Source of the DNA: Victivallales bacterium
GTDB taxonomy: Bacteria > Verrucomicrobiota > Lentisphaeria > Victivallales > UBA1829
Length of the DNA stretch: 59,899 bases
NCBI GenBank assembly: GCA_045594005.1
Contig: JAZNXT010000115.1
Coordinates: 1-59,899, forward strand
Direction: 5' to 3'
A program made the position numbers and the translations under genes. This document shows positions 17,512 to 27,069 of the stretch, in pieces. The notes under the pieces are model-generated. The model was not told the DNA's origin and made no database searches. It was given only the letters and a program-made list of their open reading frames with translations. Numbering within the stretch: position 1 is the first letter of the stretch; every line of letters begins with the position of its first letter.

Positions 17512-20500
17512 ATGATGAATAAAAAAGTTTTTATGTGTATTTCTCCGGTGATCCTCGCAACGCTCGTTGCCGCAGGTTGCTCCGGAATGAAAAATGATGA
17601 CGGCAAAAAAACGGTACAGTCCGCCAATGCCGTTTCCACGATCGATGCCAATGTTTTTCTGAATGCGGAAAAAATCCGTGCCGGAAAAGTGCCGCCGAAA
17701 AAAGATGCGGTGAAACTGACTCCGGAACAGCAGAAGATCAATGCGGAGAATGAAAAGAAATTCAGCGATGCCCGTTTTATGATCTGGCAGGGAAAAAATG
17801 CGGAAGGCGAGAAAGCATTGCAGGCACTTCTGAAAATCAATACGGTGAAAGACCGTGCCGCATCCATGCTGGTTGATTCCAAGATCCGTCAGAAAGATCA
17901 GGATGGCGCACTGAAAATGATCGATGAACTCCTGAAGGATCCGGCTCTGAATTTGAGTTCAGCCACCCGTGCCGCACTCCTTGAACGGAAAGCCGGGATC
18001 TTCGGCGGCCGTCGCAAATTTGCAGATCAGGCAAATGTTCTGTTGGAACGCCTTTCCGAAAATATCACCGACGCGGATGCCTTCCGTACACAGATGCAGA
18101 TCGTGAACTGCTGGGAATATTTCGGCGATGTGAAGAAAGCATTGGAATACTGCAAACTGGTTCGCGCACTCAATGATGCCGATAAAAAAGCGAAAAACTG
18201 GCGTCTGATCGGACTTTACCGCAAGCTGAAAGATACAAACAGCGTGCTGAAACTCGCGGAGGAAATGAAGTCTCTCTACAAAGATGATCCTGTGCAGATC
18301 GGAAAGATCCGTACCGCGGTTGCCGGTGCCTATGCCGATGTGAGAAAATTTGCAGAGGCTCATAAGGTGTATATGGAAAATATCACCGATCCCAAATTGA
18401 GCAACAGCGACCGCATTGCCGCATTCAATTCCCGGCTGGTGTTGATCCGGGAATACAGCGGAGCCAAAAAGTCGGTGATCGATCTTGCCAATGAAACGGT
18501 GCTGAAACTGGAAAAACTGACTCCGGCGGATTACGCAAATCTCGTGGGCGGTTTGATGAAATACAGCGAATACCATGTAGGTATGGATTATGCGCTGAAA
18601 TACGCACAGTCGCTCCTCACTTATCCGGGAATCGCCAATTCTGTGAAGATCGAAGCATTGCGTCATGTGGCGCAGGATGCCGCGAAAAATGGCGATTTTG
18701 CTGCCGCAGAAGCCACACTCAAGCGCGCTCTGTCATTCGATAAACTCAATGCTTATGACCGGTTGCAGATCTGCCGTCTTGCCGCAAGTATCTACAAATG
18801 GCAGGATAAATGCGATGAAGGGATCAAGTTCATGCGGGGGCAGATGGCTCTTCTCCCGGAAAATGATACAAGAAATAAAGCGCATATCATTTCGGCAATG
18901 AGCGATCTTTATGCCGCATTCTACCGCTATGATGACCGCGCTGCGTTGTACCGGGAATTCAAAAATCCCATCGCAGAAGTGGGCGTGTATGCTTCCATTG
19001 ATACACCCCGCGCAAAAGCTATGGCTCTGAAACTGCTTAACGACGGATCCCAGCCGGATAATGTCCGTAACGCAATGATGGGTTATTTCCTGGATACATC
19101 CAAAGAATCCACCGCCATCCGCGCAAAATATCCCCAGTATATGGAAAAACAGAATGTGAACCGGGCGATGGAAACCGCTATTACCGGCGGGAACTGGCAG
19201 GTGACTCTGGAATTTACCGATCTTATCCGCAAAAATAATCCCAACATCGACAGTACCGTGTTCTCTTGCGCCATGCAGGCATACGTGCTTGCCGGATCGG
19301 AAAAAATCGCAGAATTTGAAGCGTTTGCAAAGGAATGTCAGGCAAATCCGCGTTTGAGTGAAGCGCAGAAACGGGAAGTGGCATTTATTTATGCGGTTTT
19401 GAAAAATGTGGCAGATCGTCCCGGTGCATTCCGTGCGTTCTGCAACAGTTACAAATTCCCCACAGAACTGCTCGTGAAAGATCGCGCGGATCTGTTGCTC
19501 AAAACGGCAAGAGCAGCCCTTCAGGCAAAACGCTTTGTGATTTCCGATGAAGCATATCAGCTCCGTCAGGAACTCTATCGCCCCGAACCGCGGAAGACTT
19601 ATAAAGTGGCATATTCCGAAGTTCCTGTGCGCGGGATCCTCGGTTTCATGCAGCTCAAAAATCAGCCGGAAATTCAGATGATGGACCGTAAATACGGCGG
19701 AAATATGGACTTCCTGGTGACGGACGTTTCCACCGGCAATCGTGCCGGTAATATCGGTGCCAGTGCCGGCGAAAAGAACCGTCCCACGGAAATGCAGATG
19801 GTCTGCGATGCAGATGGGATCCACATGCTCTTTACCGCATACGATTCCAAAACACGGGAAATCGAAATCGGTGCTGCCAGCGCAGGCAGCTACGAAATGT
19901 ATCTGGCTCCCGGCGTGAATCAGCCGTATATCTGCCTGCTGCCGGATCTGACCACCGGTAATAATCACACCTGGAACAGCAGCTACAACACCGCGTTGTG
20001 GCGTAATCCTGACAGCAAAAATGCTTTTGATATGCGCAATGAACGCGTCTTCACTGCCGATGGCTATAAACTCTATCTTTTCATCGGCTGGCAGAAGTTC
20101 TACGATAAATTGCCCGATACAAAAGCCAATTACTGGGAATTTGAAAACGTCCATTGGTCCCGTTTCGGCGGTTTCTCCTGGAACGGACTCAAAACGATCC
20201 ACGGCCGCTCCACATGGGGTAGACTGGAATTCGATCTGACGCCGGAACAGCTCCGCAATATCAAACGGAAGATCATCTTTGCCGCCCGTACAGCATACAA
20301 TTCGGAAAAACGCACCACCGCCGCTTCGCACGGAGCAATCGAACAGTGGCGCGATGACCCCATGCTGGGCGATCCCAAATTCTTCCGCGAACGTATGGCG
20401 GCAACCGCACAGCAGTTGGATGATTATACCAAACTGGTGAAGGCAGATATGTCTGACGAAACCGTGGATATGCTTTTTGACAAAGCTGTCCCCGGCTGGT

Positions 20501-20565
20501 TCGAGATCAAGCATAAAGTTGCCGACGAACGCCGCAGATATCTGGAAGAAGAACTCTCCAAATAA
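17512..20565 (+). CDS. large lipoprotein, TPR-like helical repeats plus C-terminal beta domain (CBM9/DOMON-like)
   Basis: Lipobox LVAAGC; long alpha-helical repeat region; PTEMQMVCDADGIHM...SYEMYLAP...YKLYLFIGW. Confidence 0.6.
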   Translation: MMNKKVFMCISPVILATLVAAGCSGMKNDDGKKTVQSANAVSTIDANVFLNAEKIRAGKVPPKKDAVKLTPEQQKINAENEKKFSDARFMIWQGKNAEGEKALQALLKINTVKDRAASMLVDSKIRQKDQDGALKMIDELLKDPALNLSSATRAALLERKAGIFGGRRKFADQANVLLERLSENITDADAFRTQMQIVNCWEYFGDVKKALEYCKLVRALNDADKKAKNWRLIGLYRKLKDTNSVLKLAEEMKSLYKDDPVQIGKIRTAVAGAYADVRKFAEAHKVYMENITDPKLSNSDRIAAFNSRLVLIREYSGAKKSVIDLANETVLKLEKLTPADYANLVGGLMKYSEYHVGMDYALKYAQSLLTYPGIANSVKIEALRHVAQDAAKNGDFAAAEATLKRALSFDKLNAYDRLQICRLAASIYKWQDKCDEGIKFMRGQMALLPENDTRNKAHIISAMSDLYAAFYRYDDRAALYREFKNPIAEVGVYASIDTPRAKAMALKLLNDGSQPDNVRNAMMGYFLDTSKESTAIRAKYPQYMEKQNVNRAMETAITGGNWQVTLEFTDLIRKNNPNIDSTVFSCAMQAYVLAGSEKIAEFEAFAKECQANPRLSEAQKREVAFIYAVLKNVADRPGAFRAFCNSYKFPTELLVKDRADLLLKTARAALQAKRFVISDEAYQLRQELYRPEPRKTYKVAYSEVPVRGILGFMQLKNQPEIQMMDRKYGGNMDFLVTDVSTGNRAGNIGASAGEKNRPTEMQMVCDADGIHMLFTAYDSKTREIEIGAASAGSYEMYLAPGVNQPYICLLPDLTTGNNHTWNSSYNTALWRNPDSKNAFDMRNERVFTADGYKLYLFIGWQKFYDKLPDTKANYWEFENVHWSRFGGFSWNGLKTIHGRSTWGRLEFDLTPEQLRNIKRKIIFAARTAYNSEKRTTAASHGAIEQWRDDPMLGDPKFFRERMAATAQQLDDYTKLVKADMSDETVDMLFDKAVPGWFEIKHKVADERRRYLEEELSK

Positions 20566-20592
20566 AGAGAAAACACTTCAACTGAAAAAATC

Positions 20593-20630
20593 AAACGCCC
20601 TGCCGCAAATTTGCCGCAGGGCGTTTTTTT
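20593..20630 (+). terminator. intrinsic terminator
   Basis: AAACGCCCTGC..GCAGGGCGTTT stem followed by T run. Confidence 0.85.
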
Positions 20631-20687
20631 CTATTCAGCAATAGACGCTTATCTCTTCATATCCATCCGTCCCCATCCGTAGAGGCT

Positions 20688-20765
20688 GTCGGACCTGTCG
20701 GACCTGTCGGACCTGTCGGACTTTGTCGGACCTGTCGGACCTGTCGGACCTATCGGACTTGTCGA
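20688..20765 (+). repeat. 9-bp tandem repeat array (GTCGGACCT), about 8.5 units
   Basis: Same unit as the other two arrays, one 10-bp unit; preceded by CCATCCGT x2 at 10-bp spacing; between convergent genes. Confidence 0.95.
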
Positions 20766-20827
20766 TGGAGCCGCTCATTTCGCTTCGTTGCTTTTGCAGC
20801 CTGAAGTTTTTAAAAAGATTTACAGCA

Positions 20828-21916
20828 TCACTTGCCGCATTTTGCGATGAAATCCGCCATTTCTCTGCGGAAGCGGGCGGCGTTGAAACTTTCTGCGTGG
20901 GTGCGCAGGGTATTGGTGTCGAAGGAGATGGATTCCGATTCTTCCATGGCATTGCAGAGAGCTTCAGCTGTCGCTTCGTGGAAGAATACGCCCGTTTTGT
21001 GATCTTTCACGGTTTCCAATGCGCCGCCGATCCCCAATGCGATGACTGGTGTACCGGATGCTTGCGCTTCCAGCGGGACGATCCCGAAATCTTCCACACC
21101 GGGAAAGAGCAGGGCTTTTGCGCCGGCATAGAGTTCCCGCAATTTCGCGCGTTCGGTGCGTCCGAGAAATTCGATATTATCGTGACCTGCCGCCATTTTC
21201 CGGAGGTCATTGAGCTGTTCTCCGGTTCCGGCGATGATAAGTTTTTTGCTGTTTCTGATACAGGCTTCCACAGCAAGGTCAGCGCGTTTATATTTTGTGA
21301 GTTGACCGGCACAAAGGTAAAAATCCTGTTTTTCTGCGGCATCTGCGCTGAAATAATCCACATCTACGGGGGGATGGATCACGGCGGATTCTCTGCCGTA
21401 GATCCGTTTGATCCGGTCGGCAACAAAAGCACTGTTTGCAATGAAATGATCCACACATTCTGCGGATTTCAAATCGTATTTCCGGAGATAATTTTTGAAA
21501 ACGGTCATAGCGATCTTGCCGCACAATCCGGTATTACGGTAATAATCTTCGTACATATCCCACAGATACCGCATGGGGGTATGGCAGTAGCAGATATGGG
21601 TGGTATGAGGCGATTTCCGGATCCCTTTTGCCGGACCGGATTCGCTGGAGAGGATCAGATCGTACTGCGAAAGATCCAGTTTGGAAAGAGCGCGGGGCAT
21701 CAGCGGCAGATATTTCTGACAGTTGATCCTTGCGCCGGGCAGTTTTCCGATGAATGTTTCATACACGGTGTGTTCCGTGATAGGCGGTTCCATTTTGTCG
21801 TGATTATACGCATGGGTATAAATATCCGCATCCGGATAAAGTTTACAGAATTCCGCGAGGACATTTTCGCCGCCGCGCATATTCACAAGCCAGTAGTGAA
21901 GGAATGCAGTTTTCAT
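20828..21916 (-). CDS. glycosyltransferase family 4 (WbaZ-like)
   Basis: RGGENVL, CYCHTPMRYLWD, EDFGIVPLEAQASG. Confidence 0.9.
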   Translation of the reverse strand: MKTAFLHYWLVNMRGGENVLAEFCKLYPDADIYTHAYNHDKMEPPITEHTVYETFIGKLPGARINCQKYLPLMPRALSKLDLSQYDLILSSESGPAKGIRKSPHTTHICYCHTPMRYLWDMYEDYYRNTGLCGKIAMTVFKNYLRKYDLKSAECVDHFIANSAFVADRIKRIYGRESAVIHPPVDVDYFSADAAEKQDFYLCAGQLTKYKRADLAVEACIRNSKKLIIAGTGEQLNDLRKMAAGHDNIEFLGRTERAKLRELYAGAKALLFPGVEDFGIVPLEAQASGTPVIALGIGGALETVKDHKTGVFFHEATAEALCNAMEESESISFDTNTLRTHAESFNAARFRREMADFIAKCGK

Positions 21917-21921
21917 GGTTT

Positions 21922-23322
21922 TTATTTTGCTCCTCTGCAGCGCAGAACTTCGAGAACGGTCCGCATCAGGATATAGATATCCAGCCAGATGGACCAGTTC
22001 ATAATGTATGCAAGATCAAAGTTCACACGCTGTTCGTATGTTGTTTCGCTCCGTCCCGAGATCTGCCAAAGTCCGGTAATGCCGGGTTTGACGCGGGAAA
22101 AAACTTCATAATTTTCTCCGTAATATGCAACTTCCGCCCGGACAATGGGGCGCGGTCCGATCATTGCCATTTCGCCGGTCAGCACATTGAAAAGTTGGGG
22201 CAGTTCATCCAGACTTGTCTTGCGCAGAAATTTTCCGAAGGGTGTGATGCGCGGATCGTTTTCCAATTTGAATTTTTCTTTCCATTCAGCGGCAAGGACC
22301 GGATCTTTTTCCAGCATTTTTTTCAGATATTCATCTGCATCCTGCCGCATGGTGCGGAATTTCCAGACGCGGATCTCTTTTCCGTTCAGACCCAGCCGTT
22401 TTGCCGCATACATGATCGGACCGCGGCTTGTCAGTTTCACCAGGATCGCCAGCACCAGAAAGAGGGGAACCAGACAGATGATCCCGAAAAAGGACATGAT
22501 CACTTCCAGAATGGTTTTGGCAATACGCGGACCCGGCAGAAGCAGCTGATTGCGGAATTCGATCCCGGTGAGATGATCAAAATTGGTGGGATACGCCCAG
22601 GCTCCCGGCAGGATCTGATTGGTGGGAATGATCGTCAGATGACGGAAAAATTTCAGCCATGCTTTCAAATTCTGCTGAACGGCAGCCACCGGCAGACAGC
22701 AGATCATATAATCGATCCCCTGCTGTTTTCCGATCTCAATGGCATCTGCCACTTTCCCGATCACGGGCGGGCAGCCATCGGGCGTTTCGGTGACGGTATC
22801 ATCCAGGAATCCGGCAACGCGGAATCCGTAATGTTCGTCCTGTGCCAGTGTTTCAGCCAGCATACAACCGCTTTTCCCGGCTCCCGCCACAATGATTGGA
22901 ATCTGCCCGATATTACATTTTTTCATGATAATACGCATCAGATTTCTTGCAGGCATCGCCAGCACACAGTTGATCGCCCAGCTCGCCAGCAGCACAAAAC
23001 GGGAATAAACTTCCGCATCCTGCACGATCAGCAGATAAGCAAAAGTCAGCAGATAGGTCATGGTAACGGAAAAGACCAAACGGCGCAATTCCTCCTGGGG
23101 CGGCATCATGGCTCCCGGATAGAAGAAATTTCCGTGATACAGCCGGATCATCCCGTTGGAAATCAGATAGATCAAAAGCAGTGGAGCCAGTCCAAGATAA
23201 TATTTCAGATAATAATCCCCGCCGAAACAACGGTAGAGGTACGCCACCGCAATAAAGGTCGCCACCATAAAAAATGCGTCACACAAAGCCAGCAGAATAA
23301 CCCGGATCCTTGCCTGTTTCAT
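21922..23322 (-). CDS. wbaP: undecaprenyl-phosphate sugar-1-phosphate transferase
   Basis: N-terminal TMs, KFRTM, NDPRIT, LRKTSLDELPQLFNVL, GPRP, KPGITGLWQ. Confidence 0.9.
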   Translation of the reverse strand: MKQARIRVILLALCDAFFMVATFIAVAYLYRCFGGDYYLKYYLGLAPLLLIYLISNGMIRLYHGNFFYPGAMMPPQEELRRLVFSVTMTYLLTFAYLLIVQDAEVYSRFVLLASWAINCVLAMPARNLMRIIMKKCNIGQIPIIVAGAGKSGCMLAETLAQDEHYGFRVAGFLDDTVTETPDGCPPVIGKVADAIEIGKQQGIDYMICCLPVAAVQQNLKAWLKFFRHLTIIPTNQILPGAWAYPTNFDHLTGIEFRNQLLLPGPRIAKTILEVIMSFFGIICLVPLFLVLAILVKLTSRGPIMYAAKRLGLNGKEIRVWKFRTMRQDADEYLKKMLEKDPVLAAEWKEKFKLENDPRITPFGKFLRKTSLDELPQLFNVLTGEMAMIGPRPIVRAEVAYYGENYEVFSRVKPGITGLWQISGRSETTYEQRVNFDLAYIMNWSIWLDIYILMRTVLEVLRCRGAK

Positions 23323-25079
23323 TGCATTGTATCCTTTCGTTTCAATAAAATACAGCGTTTGCCGCCGACATCTTTCCGGTCGTCCATGATCTCAAATCCT
23401 TCAGGAACTGCATCCCAGTCTCCGGGGACTTCTTCCGCCAGATAATCAATTCCGCCGTAATGGATCGATGCCATATCGTACATCCTCATATAAGATTCCC
23501 GGGTATCACCCCAGATGAAAAGCAGGCTCATGGTTTCTCCGCCGGAAAAATAGCCGAGTTCAGTAAATTCTTCCGAATAGATCCGCGGACGCCGGAAGGA
23601 ACGGTAGGCTTTGTGATCCAGATAAAAATAAGGCTCTTCCGTTTCGCCTTTGTAGTCATTCCGCACCATCTCCGCCCATTCATACAGCAGAAGCTGCCGC
23701 GCACGCTGGCGGGACGATGTCCAGGAGCGGATCTCCGCAGAAATGGAATCTGCATACAGCAGGCACAGCAGCAGCACCGATACGGCAGCCGTCAGTTTTT
23801 TGTGCAGCGGATCATTGTTCAGCCATTTTTTTGTAAAATCATATACCGCCTCAAGAGCGATCCCCGCCCAACACAGGAACATGGGGGAAAGAGCCAGCAG
23901 ATAACGTTCCGTCAGCCAGGCTCTGCCATCCGCGATCAATACCTGAAGGAAGATCAGCAAAGCATGAAGTACCGGGACAAGCAGCAGGATCGTTTCTTCC
24001 GTTTTCCATTGTCTTTTACAGATCCGCAGCACGATCACCAGCAATGCCGGAAAAATAAAATAAATATGCCCGCCCTGAATCATTTTGGAAAATGCCATCA
24101 GAAAATGACGGGGTGTCAAATAATTTTCCGCTTCCGGGCGATAGACTTCCCGGGCAATATCATTGAATTGCCGGGGGCGGATCTCCTGTTTCCCGGATTC
24201 CTTTGTCTGCTCTTTTGCAGAGAATTCTGCCGCCCATTTTTCTTCCAGATTTTTTTGCTGTTCTGCCCATTTCTTCTCATTCTGCATCAATTCTTTCCGG
24301 AATTCCGGTTCGCCGAACACGCTGTACGGCACAAACTTGCTCACAACGGGAATAAAACGGTAACTGGGGACCGGATAGCCCGTCATCCGGTAATTGGATG
24401 CCAGCAGGGGAATGGCGATCACCACCGCCGCACAACAGGAAAAAAGCAATGTCCGCCACGGGAAAGAGCGGCTTCTGCAGATTTCCATCACCATCGCCGT
24501 CAGCACAAAAAGGATCGCCGCCAGCACCGAATCATCCCGCACATAGATCATTCCGCCGCAGGCAAGACCCAACAGCAGGAATCCTGTTTTTTTCTGTTTT
24601 TCCTGATAGATCCGTACCAACGCATAAGCACCCAGCGTAAAGAAAAAGCCTTTGCCCGATTCCCGCAATCCCGCCACCACCAGACGCAGATAATGGGAGC
24701 AGAACATCGCCAGAATACCGCCGATGATCGTGACACGCAGGGAAAAGATCCGCCGGAAAAGTGGGATCAATGCCAAAAATGAAAGGGAAAACATCAGCAG
24801 ACTTGCCAGTTTCACCCCCATGAACCCGCTGCAGGAGAATAGATAACTGAAGATCCCTCCCACCACCGGCAGATACGGCGGGACGCGCGGATGAAATGCC
24901 GTATTCCAATCCCCCGCCGCAAAGGCTTCTGCCATTGGCGCATACCGGGTCAGCACATCCATCATCGGCAGCTGTACCAGAAACAATGCAGGCAGAAACA
25001 GCAGGAAACTTGCCAGTGCAAACAAAACCGGCAGCATCCATGATGTTGTTTCTATTTTTTCTCTGATTTTCCGGAACAT
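23319..25079 (-). CDS. multi-TM GT-C-like (PMT_2/ArnT-like) membrane protein
   Basis: About 10 hydrophobic segments; D..RY and HPR.PP in first loop, LRE, YVRDD, ERY; start trimmed from 25358. Confidence 0.6.
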   Translation of the reverse strand: MFRKIREKIETTSWMLPVLFALASFLLFLPALFLVQLPMMDVLTRYAPMAEAFAAGDWNTAFHPRVPPYLPVVGGIFSYLFSCSGFMGVKLASLLMFSLSFLALIPLFRRIFSLRVTIIGGILAMFCSHYLRLVVAGLRESGKGFFFTLGAYALVRIYQEKQKKTGFLLLGLACGGMIYVRDDSVLAAILFVLTAMVMEICRSRSFPWRTLLFSCCAAVVIAIPLLASNYRMTGYPVPSYRFIPVVSKFVPYSVFGEPEFRKELMQNEKKWAEQQKNLEEKWAAEFSAKEQTKESGKQEIRPRQFNDIAREVYRPEAENYLTPRHFLMAFSKMIQGGHIYFIFPALLVIVLRICKRQWKTEETILLLVPVLHALLIFLQVLIADGRAWLTERYLLALSPMFLCWAGIALEAVYDFTKKWLNNDPLHKKLTAAVSVLLLCLLYADSISAEIRSWTSSRQRARQLLLYEWAEMVRNDYKGETEEPYFYLDHKAYRSFRRPRIYSEEFTELGYFSGGETMSLLFIWGDTRESYMRMYDMASIHYGGIDYLAEEVPGDWDAVPEGFEIMDDRKDVGGKRCILLKRKDTMQ

Positions 25080-25111
25080 AAGATTTTCGGTCCACATTTT
25101 CATATTACTGT

Positions 25112-25139
25112 AATATAAAGCTAAAAGCATTTTTTTCAA
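25112..25139 (-). promoter_or_regulatory. candidate internal promoter of glycan locus
   Basis: cTTGAAA-16nt-TATATT in the gap between GT2 stop (25145) and ATG 25079. Confidence 0.5.
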
Positions 25140-25144
25140 GTGTT

Positions 25145-25999
25145 TTACCGTTGTCTTTTGGCAAGGTAACCGTACAATCTGCCGTAACTCATTGCCAGAT
25201 GAAACAGCATCTTCCGGAACTTCAGAGTGCAGAAAGACTGTGCCGCGCGAACTTGCTGCAGTAGCGCATAATAAAAGACAGTGAAGAACGACGCTCCGTG
25301 TTTCCGCAGCACACGCCCCATCCCGCAGCCGTAGAGCCAGCCGCGTTCCCGTTTCCACGGACCCGTGAAACGGGGATGATAGACCACCGCCTGCGGCATA
25401 TAGTCCAGCCGGACACCTGCCTCCAGCAGCATCAGCAGAAAATCCGTTTCTTCTCCTGACCCGAACACTGTGCCGGATCCCACACCCAATTCTTCGTCAA
25501 AACAAATTTCCCCCAACGCACTGCGGCGCACAAAGATCGACGGGGAAACGCCGCACCACCACACATTCTTTTTTGTGATGGTGCAGGGTGTCCGGTACAT
25601 TCTTCCGCCTGCGGAAAAATTCCCCGCTTCGTCCGTTACCAGTGTGGAGATCCCCCCGCATTTGGGATCTTCAGCAAATGCCCGGTAAAGAAATGTCAGG
25701 AGTGTTTCCGGATAAGTGCAGTCGTCATCGGGAAAGCCGATGATATTGCCGAGCGCATATTGCAGCCCCAGATTCCGCGCACGGGAAAGACCCGGCTGTG
25801 TCTTCACAAGACATATTTCAAAATCATTCTGATACGGTTTCAATACCTCCGGGATCCGGTCATCGGTATTCTGATCCACCACGATCAACTGGATGCGGTA
25901 TTGCGTATCCTGTTTTTTCAGCGACGCAAGAAACTGCGCCACTTCATCGCGTCTGTTCAAAGTGCAAAGCACCAGCGAAAAATCAAAATCCGCACTCAT
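25145..25999 (-). CDS. glycosyltransferase family 2
   Basis: SLVLCTLNR, VVDQN, GLSRARNLG, FPDDD, GSGEETD. Confidence 0.9.
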   Translation of the reverse strand: MSADFDFSLVLCTLNRRDEVAQFLASLKKQDTQYRIQLIVVDQNTDDRIPEVLKPYQNDFEICLVKTQPGLSRARNLGLQYALGNIIGFPDDDCTYPETLLTFLYRAFAEDPKCGGISTLVTDEAGNFSAGGRMYRTPCTITKKNVWWCGVSPSIFVRRSALGEICFDEELGVGSGTVFGSGEETDFLLMLLEAGVRLDYMPQAVVYHPRFTGPWKRERGWLYGCGMGRVLRKHGASFFTVFYYALLQQVRAAQSFCTLKFRKMLFHLAMSYGRLYGYLAKRQR

Positions 26000-26007
26000 A
26001 AAAAACT

Positions 26008-27069
26008 TCAGCCTTTCTTCAATAAACGCTTGATCTTTGTCTTGAAGTACAATCTCCGGCGCGTACCCGGCGGCAGCACAAAATCCAACAGTTTCCGCAA
26101 AACGGGATGTCCGTTCAGAAAATCCTCGGTGTTGGCTCCCGCAAGGAGCGGCAGCGTTTCCGCAAGAGTCATCGCTTCCGGACACCATGGATCCTGCCGC
26201 AGTTCCGCCAATGCTTTTTCCCTGTCTTCCGCAGTCAGATCATGGTGACAACGCGTCAGCAGGATCCTGCACTGTTTCAGGGTGATCTCATCCATTGCCG
26301 CGTGAAATTCCTCCGGCAGCATGGCTTTGGAGAGAGCCAATGCCCGCAGAGAGGAAAAAAGTTTCCGGAAGGAATCCAGCGACCGTTTCTGATCGGCGGT
26401 CACTCCACAACCTGTGTGGTAAATATATGGTGCAAAAGATGTTTTGAAAATATTTTCTGCGCGCAGTTCCACCGCCAGATCCATATAAAGATCTTCGCAC
26501 ATGATGCAATGAAAATCCTCCACATCCGTCAATGCCGGCAGAAAAAGAACCCTGCGGATCATTTTCAAACAGAGATTCCAGTAATGCCCGTGATCTTTCA
26601 GCAGATCCCGCACCACAGCCAATTCCCCGGCGATCCAGCCCGGTTTTGCCGGACACCAGTTCCAGACCCGTTTTCCGTCCCGGAATTCCTGAAGGTCGAA
26701 GTGAACCATATCCGCCTGATATTTTTCAGCCGTTTTCAGCAGTTGTTCCACGCCGTCCGGGAGAAATTCATCATCCGGATCCAGAAACAGCAGATATTTT
26801 CCCGCCGCCGCTTCGATCCCCCGTCTGCGTGCCGTCATGGTTCCTTTATTTTCTGCAAAGTCAATGATCCGCAGCCGCGCTTCTTTTTCCGCATATTCTG
26901 CGAGGATCTTTTTTGAGGAATCTTCTGACGCATCGTTTACAGCGATCACTTCGATTTCTTTCACCGTTTGAGCAAACACCGAATCCAATGCACGCAAAAG
27001 AGTCCCTTCCGAATTATGGACGGGAATGATAAAAGAAACGGCGATCGTGCTGTAAGTTTCAGCAGTCAT
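26008..27069 (-). CDS. glycosyltransferase family 2
   Basis: IIPVHN, VNDASED, FLDPDD, CED; C-terminal LPPGTRRR. Confidence 0.9.
   Translation of the reverse strand: MTAETYSTIAVSFIIPVHNSEGTLLRALDSVFAQTVKEIEVIAVNDASEDSSKKILAEYAEKEARLRIIDFAENKGTMTARRRGIEAAAGKYLLFLDPDDEFLPDGVEQLLKTAEKYQADMVHFDLQEFRDGKRVWNWCPAKPGWIAGELAVVRDLLKDHGHYWNLCLKMIRRVLFLPALTDVEDFHCIMCEDLYMDLAVELRAENIFKTSFAPYIYHTGCGVTADQKRSLDSFRKLFSSLRALALSKAMLPEEFHAAMDEITLKQCRILLTRCHHDLTAEDREKALAELRQDPWCPEAMTLAETLPLLAGANTEDFLNGHPVLRKLLDFVLPPGTRRRLYFKTKIKRLLKKG

Noticed and set aside
18733-23445. Long ORFs 18733-20514(-), 20723-21976(+, SDL repeat) and 21904-23445(+)
   Set aside because: Antisense to well-supported genes; no recognisable domains
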